DNA from: Octopus vulgaris
Lineage: Eukaryota
NCBI GenBank assembly: GCA_951406725.2
Contig: OX597819.1
Location: 24,366,001-24,430,000, forward strand
Length of the DNA stretch: 64,000 nt
Direction of reading: 5' to 3'
Shown here: positions 1-13,655 of the stretch, piece by piece
Position numbering within the stretch: the stretch's first letter is position 1
How the letters are laid out: the number at the start of each line of letters is the position of its first letter
Notes under the pieces: model-generated
The model's input: the letters and a program-made list of their open reading frames with translations, nothing else
Databases searched by the model: none
What the model was told of the DNA's origin: nothing
Position numbers and translations under genes: made by a program

Positions 1-302
1 GATGACGGTGAACAGGTGTGGTCGCCGTTTGTGCGGCGCGCTTTCCCTCCTTGCCTGAGGTTACCGTGGTCTTTTCCGAAGGCTTTACTTTCCACGGAAA
101 ACCTAATTTTGCTTTTTACACTTTTAAAATTATTCTGTGATACACGATCCCTCCCTTTTGATCGTCATTTTTTTTCTCATCGGAATTTTGCTTTTTTTTT
201 TCCTCATTTTTTTACCTTTTTGTTTTTCATTTACGAAAAGAGAAGTTCTACATTTGTATTTGTCCCCTCTGTGTTCAGCCCTGTATGGCCAATAAAGAAA
301 AT
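1..302 (+). mobile_element. Probable 3' end/UTR of a non-LTR retrotransposon, truncated by the window edge
   Basis: T-rich UTR-like sequence ending in TTTGTCCCCTCTGTGTTCAGCCCTGTATGGCCAATAAAGAAAT, then (ATGT)n. The last ~44 nt match the tail of SINE family A, but the upstream part does not. Confidence 0.5.
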
Positions 303-353
303 TGTATGTATGTATGTATGTATGCATGTATGTATGTATGTATGTATGTATGA

Positions 354-434
<81 letters not shown>

Positions 435-452
435 CCTACCTACCTATCTACC
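303..452. repeat. Compound microsatellite (ATGT)n-(ATCT)n-(ACCT)n
   Basis: Directly visible tandem tetramers. Confidence 0.95.
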
Positions 453-467
453 TAAGAACTTACCTAT

Positions 468-646
468 CTTTCATCTGCCGTTACGTTCTCAGTTCAAATC
501 CCGCTGAGGTTGACTTTGCCTTTCATCCTTTTGGGGGTCGATAAATAAAGTACCAGTTACGCACTGGGGTCGATGTAATCAACTTAATCCCTTTGTCTGT
601 CCTTGTTTGTCCCCTCTATGTTTATCCCCTTGTGGACAATAAAGAA

Positions 647-648
<2 letters not shown>
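468..648 (+). mobile_element. SINE family A, 5'-truncated, tail type A, inside (ATCT)n
   Basis: Body GACTTTGCCTTTCATCCTTTtGGGGTCGATAAATAAAGTACCAG and tail ...AATAAAGAAAT, shared with more than 10 copies in the window. Confidence 0.9.
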
Positions 649-708
<60 letters not shown>

Positions 709-1179
709 ACACATACACACACACACATTCACATACACGTGCGTACACACATACACACACACATACATGCATGCATATACACCCACACACTTGCACGCAC
801 ATACAACCCACCCACCTACTTATACATATCAAACTGTTTTTTCCATTTAGAACGTTTGCCACTTTAAAAATGAATTTCTTAAAATACAAAATACCGAAAA
901 ATAAAATGCTAAAAAATTCCTAAATGCATCGAACATAACATACATAACGTCAATGGGAATTCTATTGACCCTATAACTTTACAGGGTGGAGTTTTTTTAA
1001 AGACTGCTCTGCACCTAAACTGAAAACTGCAAAATACTTTTTAAATATGAAAACAAATGCAGATCATTAAATACTATATAAACACACGACAGTTAAGTTC
1101 ATTTTGGAACATAGTACACAAGTAGCGTATTATTAAAATCTCTGTGGGTCATGAATGTTTCTGTGTGTGTGTGTATTTT

Positions 1180-1228
<49 letters not shown>

Positions 1229-1460
1229 AGTGTGTGTGTGTATGTATATCAATGTATGCATATGTTTAAGTATATATAATTATTATTATAAATAGATGAT
1301 GTTTATATGAGTATATGTTCACATGTATACATACACGTATAGATATTTATTATATTGTAAATACATGAAATACATATACGCAAATGTATTTATGTGGATA
1401 TGTATATAAAGATATATATATACATATATACATATATATCTTTATATATGCATGTGTATC

Positions 1461-1494
<34 letters not shown>

Positions 1495-1508
1495 CATACA
1501 TATATCTA

Positions 1509-1556
<48 letters not shown>

Positions 1557-2166
1557 TATCTTTATATATATATATATACACATAAATATCTTTATATATA
1601 TATATATACACATATATATACACGCATATATAATTCTTTATATATATATATATATATGCGCATATATTTCCTCACACATACACTCATGTACATTTACTTA
1701 GATGAATGTACATATATGTGTGTGTTCCAGTTCGTAGGCCAAATTTTTGCACCTAGGTAACTGAAATCTTTCATTTAGTGCTTATTTTTTTTACAACGAA
1801 AAATTGAAAGATTATGTGTCGTTTTCTGAAATTCATGCTTTTTTTAAAAATTCCAGACCGCAGATGTGAAAAAAAGGTTAAAAAAAAGAATATATTATGC
1901 ATACAGGCATGGTTAAATGATGAAAAACTTTCTCTCCTGCATCCGCATAGTTTCGGGTTCAGTTTTATGCTATATCTCGGCTCTAAACACATAGGTGTGT
2001 GTGTGTGTGTGCGTGCGTGCGTGAGTGTGTGCGTGTACACTCTCGTTGTGTTTGTGTGCATGTCCCACTGAGACAAAATTTGTCCTTACATTGTTCCTTT
2101 CATACGTCTCCATTTTAGCAAATAACGGAATTCATAAATTTGAATACCATGATTACTTAATGCACC

Positions 2167-2260
<94 letters not shown>

Positions 2261-2263
<3 letters not shown>

Positions 2264-2463
2264 ACCTCGTGTGTACCGTTAGCGATTTTTTTCCTCTGTC
2301 TTCCCTTCTCTAGGTCTTTCCTTCTCCTATGTTTCCGACGAAGAGCTCTGCTCGAAACGTTAAACCCTCCTTCTTTCCTTCTTTCCTGAGCGTCCAATAA
2401 TACCATATTTGTTCCACGTCCTCGCGTTGTTGTGTTTTTTTGTGCTTTCTTGTCTGGATTAAC
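2261..2463 (+). mobile_element. ~205-bp non-autonomous Penelope-like/retrozyme-type element with minimal HHR, in (TA)n
   Basis: Near-identical copy at 7572-7779; both are flanked by TA-type microsatellite; HHR fold at 2331-2365. Confidence 0.75.
2331..2365 (+). ncRNA. Minimal type I hammerhead ribozyme motif (U4C core variant)
   Basis: GTTT-CCGACGA-A-GAGC(TCT)GCTC-GAAAC-GTT-AAAC: helix I GTTT/AAAC, helix II GAGC/GCTC, palindromic helix III ACGT, GUU site. Confidence 0.7.
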
Positions 2464-2764
2464 TATATATATATATATATAGTCATCAAAAAAGGGGGTA
2501 GAATTAATTAACTGTTAATAAATTCGACCAAGCAGTATTCGGTATGTAAAGACCATTTACGGTATATTTGAAGTATTAATTTATAAAAATATGGTAAAGT
2601 AAAAAAATTCACTTTACCACACACCGAACTTTTCAGAAATAGCAGCCAAAAATTTGGCTATTTCTTCAACTGCAAATAAAAGTCTCCAGACAATGCATAC
2701 TCAGAAAACAACTCACATAGGTATAAGGGAAAAAAACAATGAAAGATCACATCCATATACGATA

Positions 2765-2826
2765 CCCGAGGACAGTCTGTTTCTGGATTTGTGGGTAAAA
2801 CGCCACTTTTCTTTCATCAGCTCAGA
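2765..2826 (-). ncRNA. Type I hammerhead ribozyme motif (left-arm copy)
   Basis: Reverse complement of 3557-3618 with one helix II change (CTGATGA-AAGA instead of AGGA). Confidence 0.65.
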
Positions 2827-3556
2827 GATTTCTTCTGATTTAGATTTGAAAATACTAAGAATCAAACATACCCGTCCGATATCTGTAACATCGGACAAAC
2901 CATGCCAGACACCCAGTACTAGCGAATCCAAAAATACGAATGAGATCTATTATTCTCCCTGTCCACCCACGTGAGTCATAGAGCATTACATTTCTACAGA
3001 GGTAAAAACTGCAGTTCAAATTCTTGGAGATAAAGCATTATATTGTCATCAAAAAGGGGTAGAATTAATTAATTGTTAATAAATTCGACCAAGCAGTATT
3101 CGGTATGTAAAGACCATTTACGGTATATTTGAAGTATTAATTTATAAAAATATGGTAAAGTAAAAAAATTCACTTTAGCTATTTCTGAAAAGTTCGGTGT
3201 GTGGTAAAGTGAATTTTTTTACTTTACCATATTTTTATAAATTAATACTTCAAATATACCGTAAATGGTCTTTACATACCGAATACTGCTTGGTCGAATT
3301 TATTAACAATTAATTAACTCTACCCCTTTTTTGATGACAATATAATGCTTTATCTCCAAGAATTTGAACTGCAGTTTTTACCTCTGTAGAAATGTAATGC
3401 TCTATGACTCACGTGGGTGGACAGGGAGAATAATAGATCTCATTCGTATTTTTGGATTCGCTAGTACTGGGTGTCTGGCATGGTTTGTCCGATGTTACAG
3501 ATATCGGACGGGTATGTTTGATTCTTAGTATTTTCAAATCTAAATCAGAAGAAATC

Positions 3557-3618
3557 TCTGAGCTGATGAAGGAAAAGTGGCGTTTTACCCACAAATCCAG
3601 AAACAGACTGTCCTCGGG
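3557..3618 (+). ncRNA. Type I hammerhead ribozyme motif (right-arm copy)
   Basis: TCTGAG-CTGATGA-A-GGA(aaa)GTGG(cgttttac)CCAC(aaa)TCC-A-GAAACAG-A-CTGTC-CTCGGG: intact CUGAUGA and GAAA boxes, 6-bp helix I including G-U pairs, helix III ACAG/CTGT, GUC site at 3610-3612. Confidence 0.75.
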
Positions 3619-3820
3619 TATCGTATATGGATGTGATCTTTCATTGTTTTTTTCCCTTATACCTATGTGAGTTATTTTCTGAGTATGCATTTTCTGGAGA
3701 CTTTTATTTGCAGTTGAAGAAATAGCCAAATTTTTGGCTGCTATTTCTAAAAAGTTCGGTGTGTGGTAAAGTGAATTTTTTTACTTTACCATATTTTTAT
3801 AAATTAATACTTCAAATATA

Positions 3821-3925
<105 letters not shown>

Positions 3926-3927
3926 TA

Positions 3928-4145
3928 TGTGGAGACGCAATGGCCCAGTGGTTAGGGCTGCAGACTCGCGGTTGTAGAATCGCAGTTTCGATTCCCAGAC
4001 CGTTGTGTGTGTTTATTGAGCATAAACACCTAAAGCTCCACGAGGCTCCGGCAAGTGGTGGTGGTGATCTCTGCTGTACTCTTTCACCACAACGTTCTGT
4101 CACTCTTTCTTCTGTTGGCCTGCTCGCGTAGCCAGCGGGGTGGTG
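3928..4145 (+). mobile_element. tRNA-derived SINE family B (truncated tail)
   Basis: Pol III A box TGGCCCAGTGG and B box GTTTCGATTCC; body AAAGCTCCACGAGGCTCCGGCA shared with 7113, 10262, 35870 and 55585. Confidence 0.9.
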
Positions 4146-4380
4146 GCACGAGGCCTGGTCGTTAGGGTGTTGGTCTCATGATCGTAAGATTGTGGTTTGG
4201 CTTCCTGGATCGGGCTACACGTTGTGTTCTTGAGCAAAACCTTTCATTTCACGTTGATCCAGTCTCTCTCAGCTGGTAAAAGTGAGCAGTCATGCGACAG
4301 ACCTGGTGAACTTATACGGCATTGGAACCAGGAAACCAGCCCTTATGAGTCGGCATCACCCGAGAATGGAGCTTCACCTT
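4146..4380 (+). mobile_element. tRNA-derived SINE family C (CORE-like centre), degenerate
   Basis: GTGTTCTTGAGCAA...CTCAGCTGGTAAAAGTGAG, shared with the 17395 and 31608 copies. Confidence 0.7.
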
Positions 4381-5156
4381 TGCCATGGTTTGGAACCTGA
4401 CTGGTGTTAATACTGAGGATCAGGGTAGAACTGGGAACAATAGTGGCTACGAGGTAGTTCAACATTACTTAAAAATCCTAGAACTCCCGAAGTAGGGCCT
4501 CATTACCGGCTGCAGTATAAGGTCATACCCAGGAATTAAGCGGATATTATCATCAGGTTTCTATAATATACGTTTATTTCTAATAGAAGACATCTTTGAA
4601 TAGATATATACTACGGGAGTGCTGAAAATCGTGTTATATATCTTATTCTTCGTAAAAGAAGCATTTTACTTCTCTTGTGTCATTAATGACCTTAAAGAAA
4701 GACATAAACGTTAATTAGACCTCCACACTTCCTGTTTGTTATGAATGTGATATCACGTGTTCATGTAAGAAATCTATATATTCACGTACTATCCTTGATT
4801 ACGCTTCACCATTATCTCCAACAACCTTCAGTTCCAGAGTTCCATCTGTTTATTTTCAGGTAATTACTTGATTTATTCAAAACCGCTGATCGACGTCATC
4901 GAGTATCGTGTGGTATAAATTGGAGCGTACTTCCTTTACTGAATTATTCGAATCTTCTTGTATATTCGAGAAGTTATTTATGTCACGGGTTTCAGTAGCT
5001 GTATGGGATGGTGTTTCATACAAATATAATCTTTTTGCTGGAAATATTACAAATAATAATAATAATAGTTATACAGCTAAGCATTTTGTCCAGCACGCTA
5101 ATGATTTCGCCAGCTACCATAATCATAATAAATATAACAACAGCAACAACAACCAA

Positions 5157-5248
<92 letters not shown>

Positions 5249-5402
5249 CAACAACAATAAAAATAAAAATAATAAATAATGATGATAATAATAATAATAA
5301 TAATTATTATTATTATTGTTTATTATTACTATTGTTGTTAGTAATATATAATGATGATAGTGATGATGATGATATTAACAACAACAATAGTAATAATAAA
5401 CA

Positions 5403-5475
<73 letters not shown>

Positions 5476-5476
5476 A

Positions 5477-6333
5477 TGTGGTATCAAAAAGTTCTCAGAC
5501 TAGTTATGCTTGATAAAACGTGACATATTTACTTAAGTTTTAACATCATCTCCTTCGAAATAGTTACCTTGCGTAGCAATACAGTGGTTCTAACGTACCT
5601 GCCACGAATTTTGGAATTCGGCCCGGAAGCTGATTTCCGTAAGCGAGTAGAGAACCTTCAGCGATTCGCTCTTGATCTCGACAACGGTATTAAAACGATG
5701 ACCTTTGAGCTACCTTTTCCTCTTCGATATGAGACTGAAATCCGCTGGGGCTAAACCTGGCGAAAAGGGCCGGTGTGAAAGCGACACCATGTTGTTTTTC
5801 GCCAAAAACTCACGAGTGAGGAGAGCTCGGTATTAGGGTGCATTGTCGTTGTGAAGAATCCAGTCCTTCATGCTCCATAGATCCGGCCGTTTTCGGATGT
5901 CATGAAGGACGGTCTGACGTTGGGGCAAGAATTGTCGTTGCACAATATCGCGTATGTCGAAAAAATCGATGAGCAAGCTCTTGATTGAGCTGCATCTCTG
6001 TCGTGCCTTTTAAAGCGCCGGTGCCTCTCAAAACATCGCGTATGACCCATTGCCGCCTCGTCACCGTAAGCGTGCCGACGCGTGCTCAATGTCTCTGTAG
6101 CAGACTTTCCCTAATTTAACGCAAAATTTCACTTTGGCTCTTCGTTCCAACTTCCTGTCCATGACAAAAATTGCAGACTACAGCATACATGTGATCACAA
6201 AAATACAAATTCCATAGATTGTGAAGTAAATGCAACGATGTCACTCGGTACACTGTCACATGATGGTCACTGCCAGCTCTCACGGCGCACACAACCGTGC
6301 GCTACCATCTGATGGCAATTTTTTGATACCACA
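5477..6333 (-). mobile_element. Mariner (Tc1/mariner) DNA transposon, internally deleted and decayed
   Basis: TIRs TGTGGTATCAAAAA...TTTTTGATACCACA flanked by TA. The minus strand reads RAKVKFCVKLGK/SATETL...AYGDEAAMGHTRCFERHRRFK (HTH) and WILHNDNAP...PFSPGLAPADF...LKGHRF...QGNYFEGD, with stops and frameshifts. Confidence 0.9.
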
Positions 6334-7112
6334 TAGTGAACTTAGTGGATATGTTATTGTGTATGTAGGGAATCCATAGTCATTTTGACAGCATGTAGGA
6401 GAGTTGGTAGCTATTTTTAGCAGACTGATCTACCACATAAAGGCTCATTTACATATTTGGGCGTGTGAATGCATGTGCATATGCGTGAAGAGGTGTATGT
6501 TTTTGAAGAGATATGTATGAAGGGACGTATGGCTGAGGAACATTTGGTGGCCGTAATACTCTGTAGTGGGGTCTGAGGTCAGCGGACAGTATATGGATGA
6601 GTCCACGTGCCATGGATTTGTTTCACATTTCTACGTCTTGTGTTCAAATCCCGCTGGGGTCATATTAAATATTTTATCATTTTGAGGACGATAAAATGTA
6701 TTACTAGCCATGGGCGGTGTATTGGCGATGGGCTGGCACAAGAACATAGGACGAAATACCTTCTGGTGTTTATTCTATTTCTTTGTGTCCCGAGTTCTTA
6801 GTTCTGTGGAGGCAGATCTAATCCGTCTCTCGATTTAATTCTCCACCACGTGGTAGTGTCTTTTCTGACGACTATCATGCGTCCAGGTTAAGTATCCTGA
6901 AAAATGTTACTGGTGTTGTCCTACCTACCATGACCAAAGGATAAAATATAAAACAATAAAAAGAATAACCATCGATTCAGCGATTCTTGACCCAGTTTCA
7001 TATATTTGCATACAAACATACAGACAAACACATATAAATATATACAGGTATGCATGTGTATTTTTTCTATGTATTATATATATATATCTTATATATAATG
7101 TGTATTATATAT

Positions 7113-7333
7113 TGTGAGTGTTTATTGAGCGAAAACACCTTAAAGCTCCACGAGGCTCCGGCAGGGGGTGGTGATCCCTGCTGTACTCTTTCACCACTCT
7201 TTCTCTCACTCTTTCTTCTGTTGGCCTGCTCGCTTAGCCAGCGGGGTGGCGTCATTCGAAGGCTAAAACAATGCGAAGTGCATTGTGACCAGCGATTTGT
7301 AACAACATCTGATGGTCTGGTCGGTCACGTGAT
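7113..7333 (+). mobile_element. SINE family B, 5'-truncated, tail type 1
   Basis: Body matches 3928; continues GTTGGCCTGCTCGCTTAGCCAGCGGGGTGGCG...GGTCGGTCACGTGATA. Confidence 0.85.
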
Positions 7334-7356
7334 ATATATGTATGTATATATGTTGC

Positions 7357-7397
<41 letters not shown>

Positions 7398-7571
7398 CAT
7401 TATGTATGCACTATATACTATGTATATGTATATTTAAATCTATATATATGTGTGTATGTATATACATATATACATCCATCCATACATACATACATATATA
7501 TGAATATATGTATATATAAATATGTATATATATATATATATATATGTATATATACGTGTATACATGTATAT

Positions 7572-7779
7572 GTGACCTCGTGAGTACCACTGGCGATTTT
7601 TTTCCTCTGTCTTCCCTTCTCTGGATCTTTCCTTCTCCTATGTTTCCGACGAAGAGCTCCGCTCGAAACGTTAAACCCTCCTTCTTCCCTTCTTTCCTGA
7701 GCTTCCAATAATACTTTATTTGTTCCACGTCCTCGCGTTGTTGTGTTTTTTGTTTTTGTGTTTTCTTGTTTGGATTAAC
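7572..7779 (+). mobile_element. Second copy of the ~205-bp HHR-bearing element
   Basis: Aligns end to end with 2261-2463; HHR GTTTCCGACGAAGAGCTCCGCTCGAAACGTTAAAC at 7642-7676. Confidence 0.75.
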
Positions 7780-7859
7780 TATATATATATATATATATAC
7801 GTATATGTATATATACGTGTATACATGTATATATATATATGTATATGTGTATATATATC

Positions 7860-7900
<41 letters not shown>

Positions 7901-7914
7901 GTATATATACGTGT

Positions 7915-7956
<42 letters not shown>

Positions 7957-7970
7957 GTATATATACGTGT

Positions 7971-8022
<52 letters not shown>

Positions 8023-8066
8023 ATGTGTATATATATCTATGTGTATATATATAAATATATATATGT

Positions 8067-8100
<34 letters not shown>

Positions 8101-8628
8101 CTGTGTGTGTGTCTGTGTGTGTGCGTGTGTGTATGAGAGAGAGAGGTAGTTGAAAACCCCCTTAATGTATACCGCCGTCAAGTCAGCGATTTCACTGTTT
8201 GTTCCACTATATACAATTCACCTGTCCATGTAATGAAAACACTTTTATCAATTGATGCTTTTATACAGTTTCACCGTCGGTGTCTATGAGAGAAGCGCTT
8301 ACATAAACATATAATTAGCTGTGTTAAGTATTAAATGTGTCATATCATTCTCGCTCTCCTTCTCTCTCTCTCTCTCTCTCTCTCACTCTCACTCACTCTC
8401 GCGTACTGTGTGCATGTGTGCTTGTGTGTGCCTGGGTGAATGTATGTTCACACACACACACACACACAAACACACATATTTATATATATATATGTGTATA
8501 TATGCACACAAATGCACATACACGTATACATATATATATATATACCAAGACATACATTCTCGAACACACAAATGTACATTATTGCGTGCGTCTCTTCCTC
8601 CCACACTCTATTTCTTTACAATTCTCAT

Positions 8629-8667
<39 letters not shown>

Positions 8668-8671
8668 ATGA

Positions 8672-8713
<42 letters not shown>

Positions 8714-9605
8714 AATTGCATGTATGTATTCATACGCATACGTATCCCTCATCACACACCTCTATGGCCCTCCTGACAGTTACAGGAGCTGATTTTTATT
8801 TTCTGTCCGTTACACTTCTTTCAATTTAGCTTTCTTGTTGACAGAAATAGTGTTTTTTATTCAGATTTATGCATTTGATATTTGCCGCAGCCTCAGCATA
8901 AAAAGGAAACAAAATCTATGAGAAATTCTACCCTTAATTTTCTCTCTTAAACTTACAAAAGGGAACAGCTATAGTTTTCACCTTATGTCTCGTCATTCAT
9001 GTAACGAAAACCCGTTTTGATTTGTTGTTTTTCTTTTTTTTAATCTGTTAAACCAAGGTTGCTTCATTGTTATCTCTGAAATTCAAACTCTCATTTTGGA
9101 TTTTTCTTCTGTAATGTTGTTATTACTGTTGATGTCTATCTAACCCTAAGTCATTTCTGATCAGATACAAGTATTCCAGTCGTGACCATCCTGTGTATAT
9201 TTTGTTCATGAGATTCAGTGTATCTAGAGTCACAACAACCAAAGCATCCTGTATATTAATAGCAATAGCATTGCATTTCAGAATTTGCTGCAACTTTTAA
9301 ATGGTCGAGTGACTACAAATAAAGTTTTGTTGCGTATTACCTGACCATTGTCAAGTATATGTATGACTGAATCCTCTTTGTTTCTGACCCAGCTGAAAAA
9401 TCGAATAGTCATCGAAACACATCGATGACCCAGATTCCCATTACAAAAAAATATGTACCTCTTTTCTTCAGTAGCGCATATTGAAGATGAATTCTTTCTA
9501 TTTGGATTATTTCGTATATATATCGGTCATACCACCAACAGAATTCATTATGTTGCACCTGTAAGATACATACTTGTTTACAAATAGGTATGTATTTATG
9601 TATGT

Positions 9606-9853
9606 AAAGGTAGGAGAGTCCAGTTTGCTGGACATTGTTGTAGAGCTGAAAAAGAAGTAATTTCTACTCTTCTCCTCTGGAAGCCATCTACTCGCAATAC
9701 CAGAGGGCGCACACTCTCCTACCCTGATGTAATCTCCAGGGATACAGGGCATCCAGCAACAAGACCTCCGTAATGCCATGATGGACCGTGAAGTCTGGCG
9801 TAGCATGGTAAATTCCATTGTTTCGACCACGGTCGAACAATGATGATGATGAT
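9606..9853 (+). mobile_element. RTE-clade LINE 3' end
   Basis: Translates GRRVQFAGHCCRAEKEVISTLLLWKPSTRNTRGRTLSYPDVISRDTG/IQQQDLRNAMMDREVWRSMV (RTE C-terminal signature, one frameshift), followed by a (TGA)n tail. Confidence 0.85.
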
Positions 9854-10261
9854 GTATGTATGTATGTATGTATGTATGTATGTATGTATGTATGTATGTT
9901 TAAACATATTCGTTCAAATTATCATTTATTTATACGTAATGGATATATATATTCATACAATAAAGAACCATCATTTCTTCAGCTACTGAAATTTAAGTGA
10001 ATGTTAAAAATGAAGAATACTATGGCGTTTGTTATTACGTGTTGAATAATAAACATTTTGTGGTTGACGCAACAATCGATAATCAAAGACATTGACTCTG
10101 TAAGTTACGCCTAAGTGCTGGTGTCTTAAATCGTTTTCATGCATCTTCTCACCGAAATTTATATTATATAAATGCATCTGCCTGTTATTTAAGCACAATA
10201 ATTTAGCCATTATTGAAACATAAATTGAGACGGGAGATTTTCAGTAGAGAAGACACTTAGT

Positions 10262-10649
10262 GTGGAAGCACTCCGTCGGTTACAACGACGAGGGTTCCAG
10301 TTGATCCGAATCAACAAACAGCCTGCTCGTGAAATTAACGTGTAAGTGGCTGAGCACTCCACAGACACGTGTACCCTTAACCTAGTTCTCGGGGATATTC
10401 AGCGTGACACAGAGAGTGACAAGGCCGGTCCTGTGAAATACAGATACAACAGAAACAGGAAGTAAGAGTGAGAGAAAGTTGTGGTGAAAGAGTACAGCAG
10501 GGATCACCACCATCCCCTGCCGGAGCCTCGTGGAGCTATTTTAGGTGTTTTCGCTCAATAAACACTCACAACGCCCGGTCTGGGAATCGAAACCGCGATC
10601 CTATGACCGCGTGTCCGCTGCCCTAACCACTGGGCCATTGCGTCTCCAC
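10262..10649 (-). mobile_element. Full-length SINE family B, tail type 2, with 16-bp TSD
   Basis: AGAGAAGACACTTAGT at 10246-10261 and 10650-10665; tRNA-like head at the 10649 end. Confidence 0.95.
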
Positions 10650-11443
10650 AGAGAAGACACTTAGTAGCGTTCAAATGATTAAAACTCTTTGACTCCAATG
10701 TCTTTACAGGGGATTAATTCCACGGGGTAAAAAATGGTTATATGAGCGATCAAGTTGAGTAGATATAGAAGCAGTTATGCAGATAAACAAATTATATTTG
10801 ACATAGAAACTGTTATATTTAAAATATCTAATTTGATTATCCGCATAATTGCCTCTCTATTTCTCTCTCTTTCTCCCCCTCTCTTTCCCCCCTCTCTCTC
10901 CCATCTCTCTCACTCTCTCTCTCTCTCTCTCTCTCTCTGTAAATATATATACACAACATATTCTTATTTTAAAATAGTGTATATTTAAACACAAGAGAAA
11001 ACTACCCTTTAACAGGTAATTTTTACATGCTAGAAGAAGCAGCCAAAACGGCCAAAACCACAATTTAATTGCAGTTTTGGAAGGAAAGGAAAAATAAAAA
11101 CTTTTACCTTGTTATATATATATATATATATATATATGATGTGATTTATGATTATAAATTAAATACATAAAATAACAATAGAATAATTGTTTTCAAATTA
11201 GGCAGAAGGCCAGAAATTTGGAGGAAAGGTTAGTTGCATAAATTGATTCCATTACTAGTACCTAAATAATTAATGAATAATTATGTAATTTCAAATACGT
11301 ACCGAAAACGCGTGCGGAAGACAGCTACTTCTTTATACATTAAGGATTCAAACTTAGTGCGCGAACGTAAATATATAGCATATATAGTCCAGTAGTAAAT
11401 AAATAAATTTAAAACTGTGTCCTATATAGTCTCAGAATTATAA

Positions 11444-11572
11444 ATATTACTATCGTAAATATGAGGGTAATAAATTAAAAATATGTTATGTCTTATGATT
11501 TTAATTTACGCATGCTAACCACTGGTAATAGATTATTTTAATTTATTACCCCCATATTTACGATAGTAATAT
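11444..11572. repeat. Inverted repeat with 37-bp arms, abutting (TA)n
   Basis: ATATTACTATCGTAAATATGAGGGTAATAAATTAAAA versus TTTTAATTTATTACCCCCATATTTACGATAGTAATAT. Confidence 0.85.
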
Positions 11573-11581
11573 ATATATATA

Positions 11582-11845
11582 TTATCTTTTACTTGTTTCA
11601 GTCATTGGACTGCGGCCATGCTGAGGTACCACCTTCAAAGATTTTGTTGAGCAGTCGACCTTAATACTTATTTCATTCATTAAGTCTGGTACTTCTCTGT
11701 CAGTCCCTCATGCCAAACTGCTAAGTTAAGGCAGACATAAAGAAACCAACACATGTTGTCGAGAGGTAGTGGGAACAAACACAAACACAAATATGACACA
11801 CATATAGATATGTACACAAACACACACACACACACACACACATAC
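11582..11845 (-). mobile_element. SINE family D, 3' half
   Basis: TCTTTTACTTGTTTCAGTCAT..GACTGCGGCCATGCTG is the reverse complement of the tail at 38290-38335. Confidence 0.8.
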
Positions 11846-12270
11846 CTGTGTGTAATGGGTAGAACTGTTTTACAAGTCTGACTTTGTGTGGACGTCCTAG
11901 TATGCAGTCCTGCAAATTATAATCACCTTGGATGGTCGTACCGATGATCTACGGACAATTACGTAAGTAAGATTACGTAATTTGTTGACAGTGAAACATG
12001 TATGCGAATAATCCGTATTGTTATTGCTTTTTCTTTAGTCTTGTTCGATTACGTTTCGGTTGTTTTGCTAAATTTTTCTTGAGAACATTTCTTAGTGGTG
12101 AGACCGTAGCAGATCTGTTTCTAACACATGGGTGTCCACATAGTGGTTTCCCTCTAATATATATATATATATGATACAATTTTACTGAACCTTCGGTTTT
12201 TTTATGCTAGAGCACTGGTGTGAAATCGATGTTAGTTAAATTAATATCTAATTTCTCACCCTCATTTTAA

Positions 12271-12345
<75 letters not shown>

Positions 12346-13431
12346 CATGTATACAAGCATATATATATATATTTACACATACATAACTACGTACATACAT
12401 AACTACGTACATACATACATACATACATACATACATACATACATACATACATACATACATACATGCATAAACATGTGGGGTACCCACAATTTGAAATGGT
12501 TATGATTATATACTAGGCAACACTTATAAGACCCTGAAACCAATGAGAGAACCTGTGTGTAGGCATTGGAACTGCTAGGATTGGGTGCCAAACTTCCTCA
12601 AATCACATATCTCAGAAATTCAAAATCGGGTTGGAGCTAACCAACGACGATTTTACAGGTGTCTCTGTTACAGTGGTTGGGTGTACTAGAAAGAACAACC
12701 ACAGCCCTCTTAAATCACACCCATGTAAACTGGGCGACCTCCAAAGGATTTCCTACATGTTTTGTGAAGAACAAGTTCTCTAGTGATCGTAAAAGAATAC
12801 ATTTTCATTGTCAAATCTTCCGCACCTTACTCTCCATTCCTTCCTTCCTTCCTTCCTTTCTTCCTTCTTTTTTATTCTTTCCCCGTTATTGATGCTTCTT
12901 TTTTCTTTTTTTTCTTTTCCCTTCACTGTTTTCTCTTCCGTCTCTCCTTACTTCCGGTTGATAACTACTTTTGATGTGAGATTTTGCGCATAGACCGATT
13001 CCCTTCACTGGATAATCGATGAATCGGTTTTATTTTCCTTTATAATAATTGCACGTAAAAGAATATTTTCTTCCCTTCCTTCTTTCTTTCTTTCTTTCTT
13101 TCGTTAATCCCAAGGGTCATTTTCTTTGCTCCTTTGGACTTTATTTTCATTTGTTTTCTACTTTTGTTTGTATTTCTTTCTCACTAAAATTTTTGTTTAT
13201 CTTTCTTTCCTTCGCTTTCTTCCATTTCTTTATTTCATTCTTCCATTTCATTCTTCCATTTCATTCTTCCATTTCATTCTTTCATTTCATCCTTCCTTCC
13301 TTCCTTCCTTCCTTCCTTTTTTCTCTCTTTCTTTTCTTTCTTTCTTTTGTCCTTTTACTGCAATTCTAGACACTATCCTTGTCTTACATCATTTTCCATT
13401 TTTTTCCTTTCAGATTTTCTAAATCTCTCTT

Positions 13432-13462
<31 letters not shown>

Positions 13463-13616
13463 GTATCTCTGTCTCCCTTTCTGTCTCTGTCTCTCTTTTT
13501 CTTCCTTCCACTCGCCCGGCATAAATACACCATTCTCTCTCTCTTCCCTCTCTTACATAAACATGCATACGCATACGCTCACGCACACAAACACACATAC
13601 ACACACACAAACACAC

Positions 13617-13655
<39 letters not shown>

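Noticed and set aside
2654-3729. Duplicated 106-aa and 72-aa ORFs as genes
   Set aside because: By-product of the inverted repeat; no recognisable RT or GIY-YIG motifs.
3928-4000. tRNA gene (also at 10580, 17395, 37895, 55590)
   Set aside because: A and B boxes are present but run into SINE bodies; these are SINE heads.
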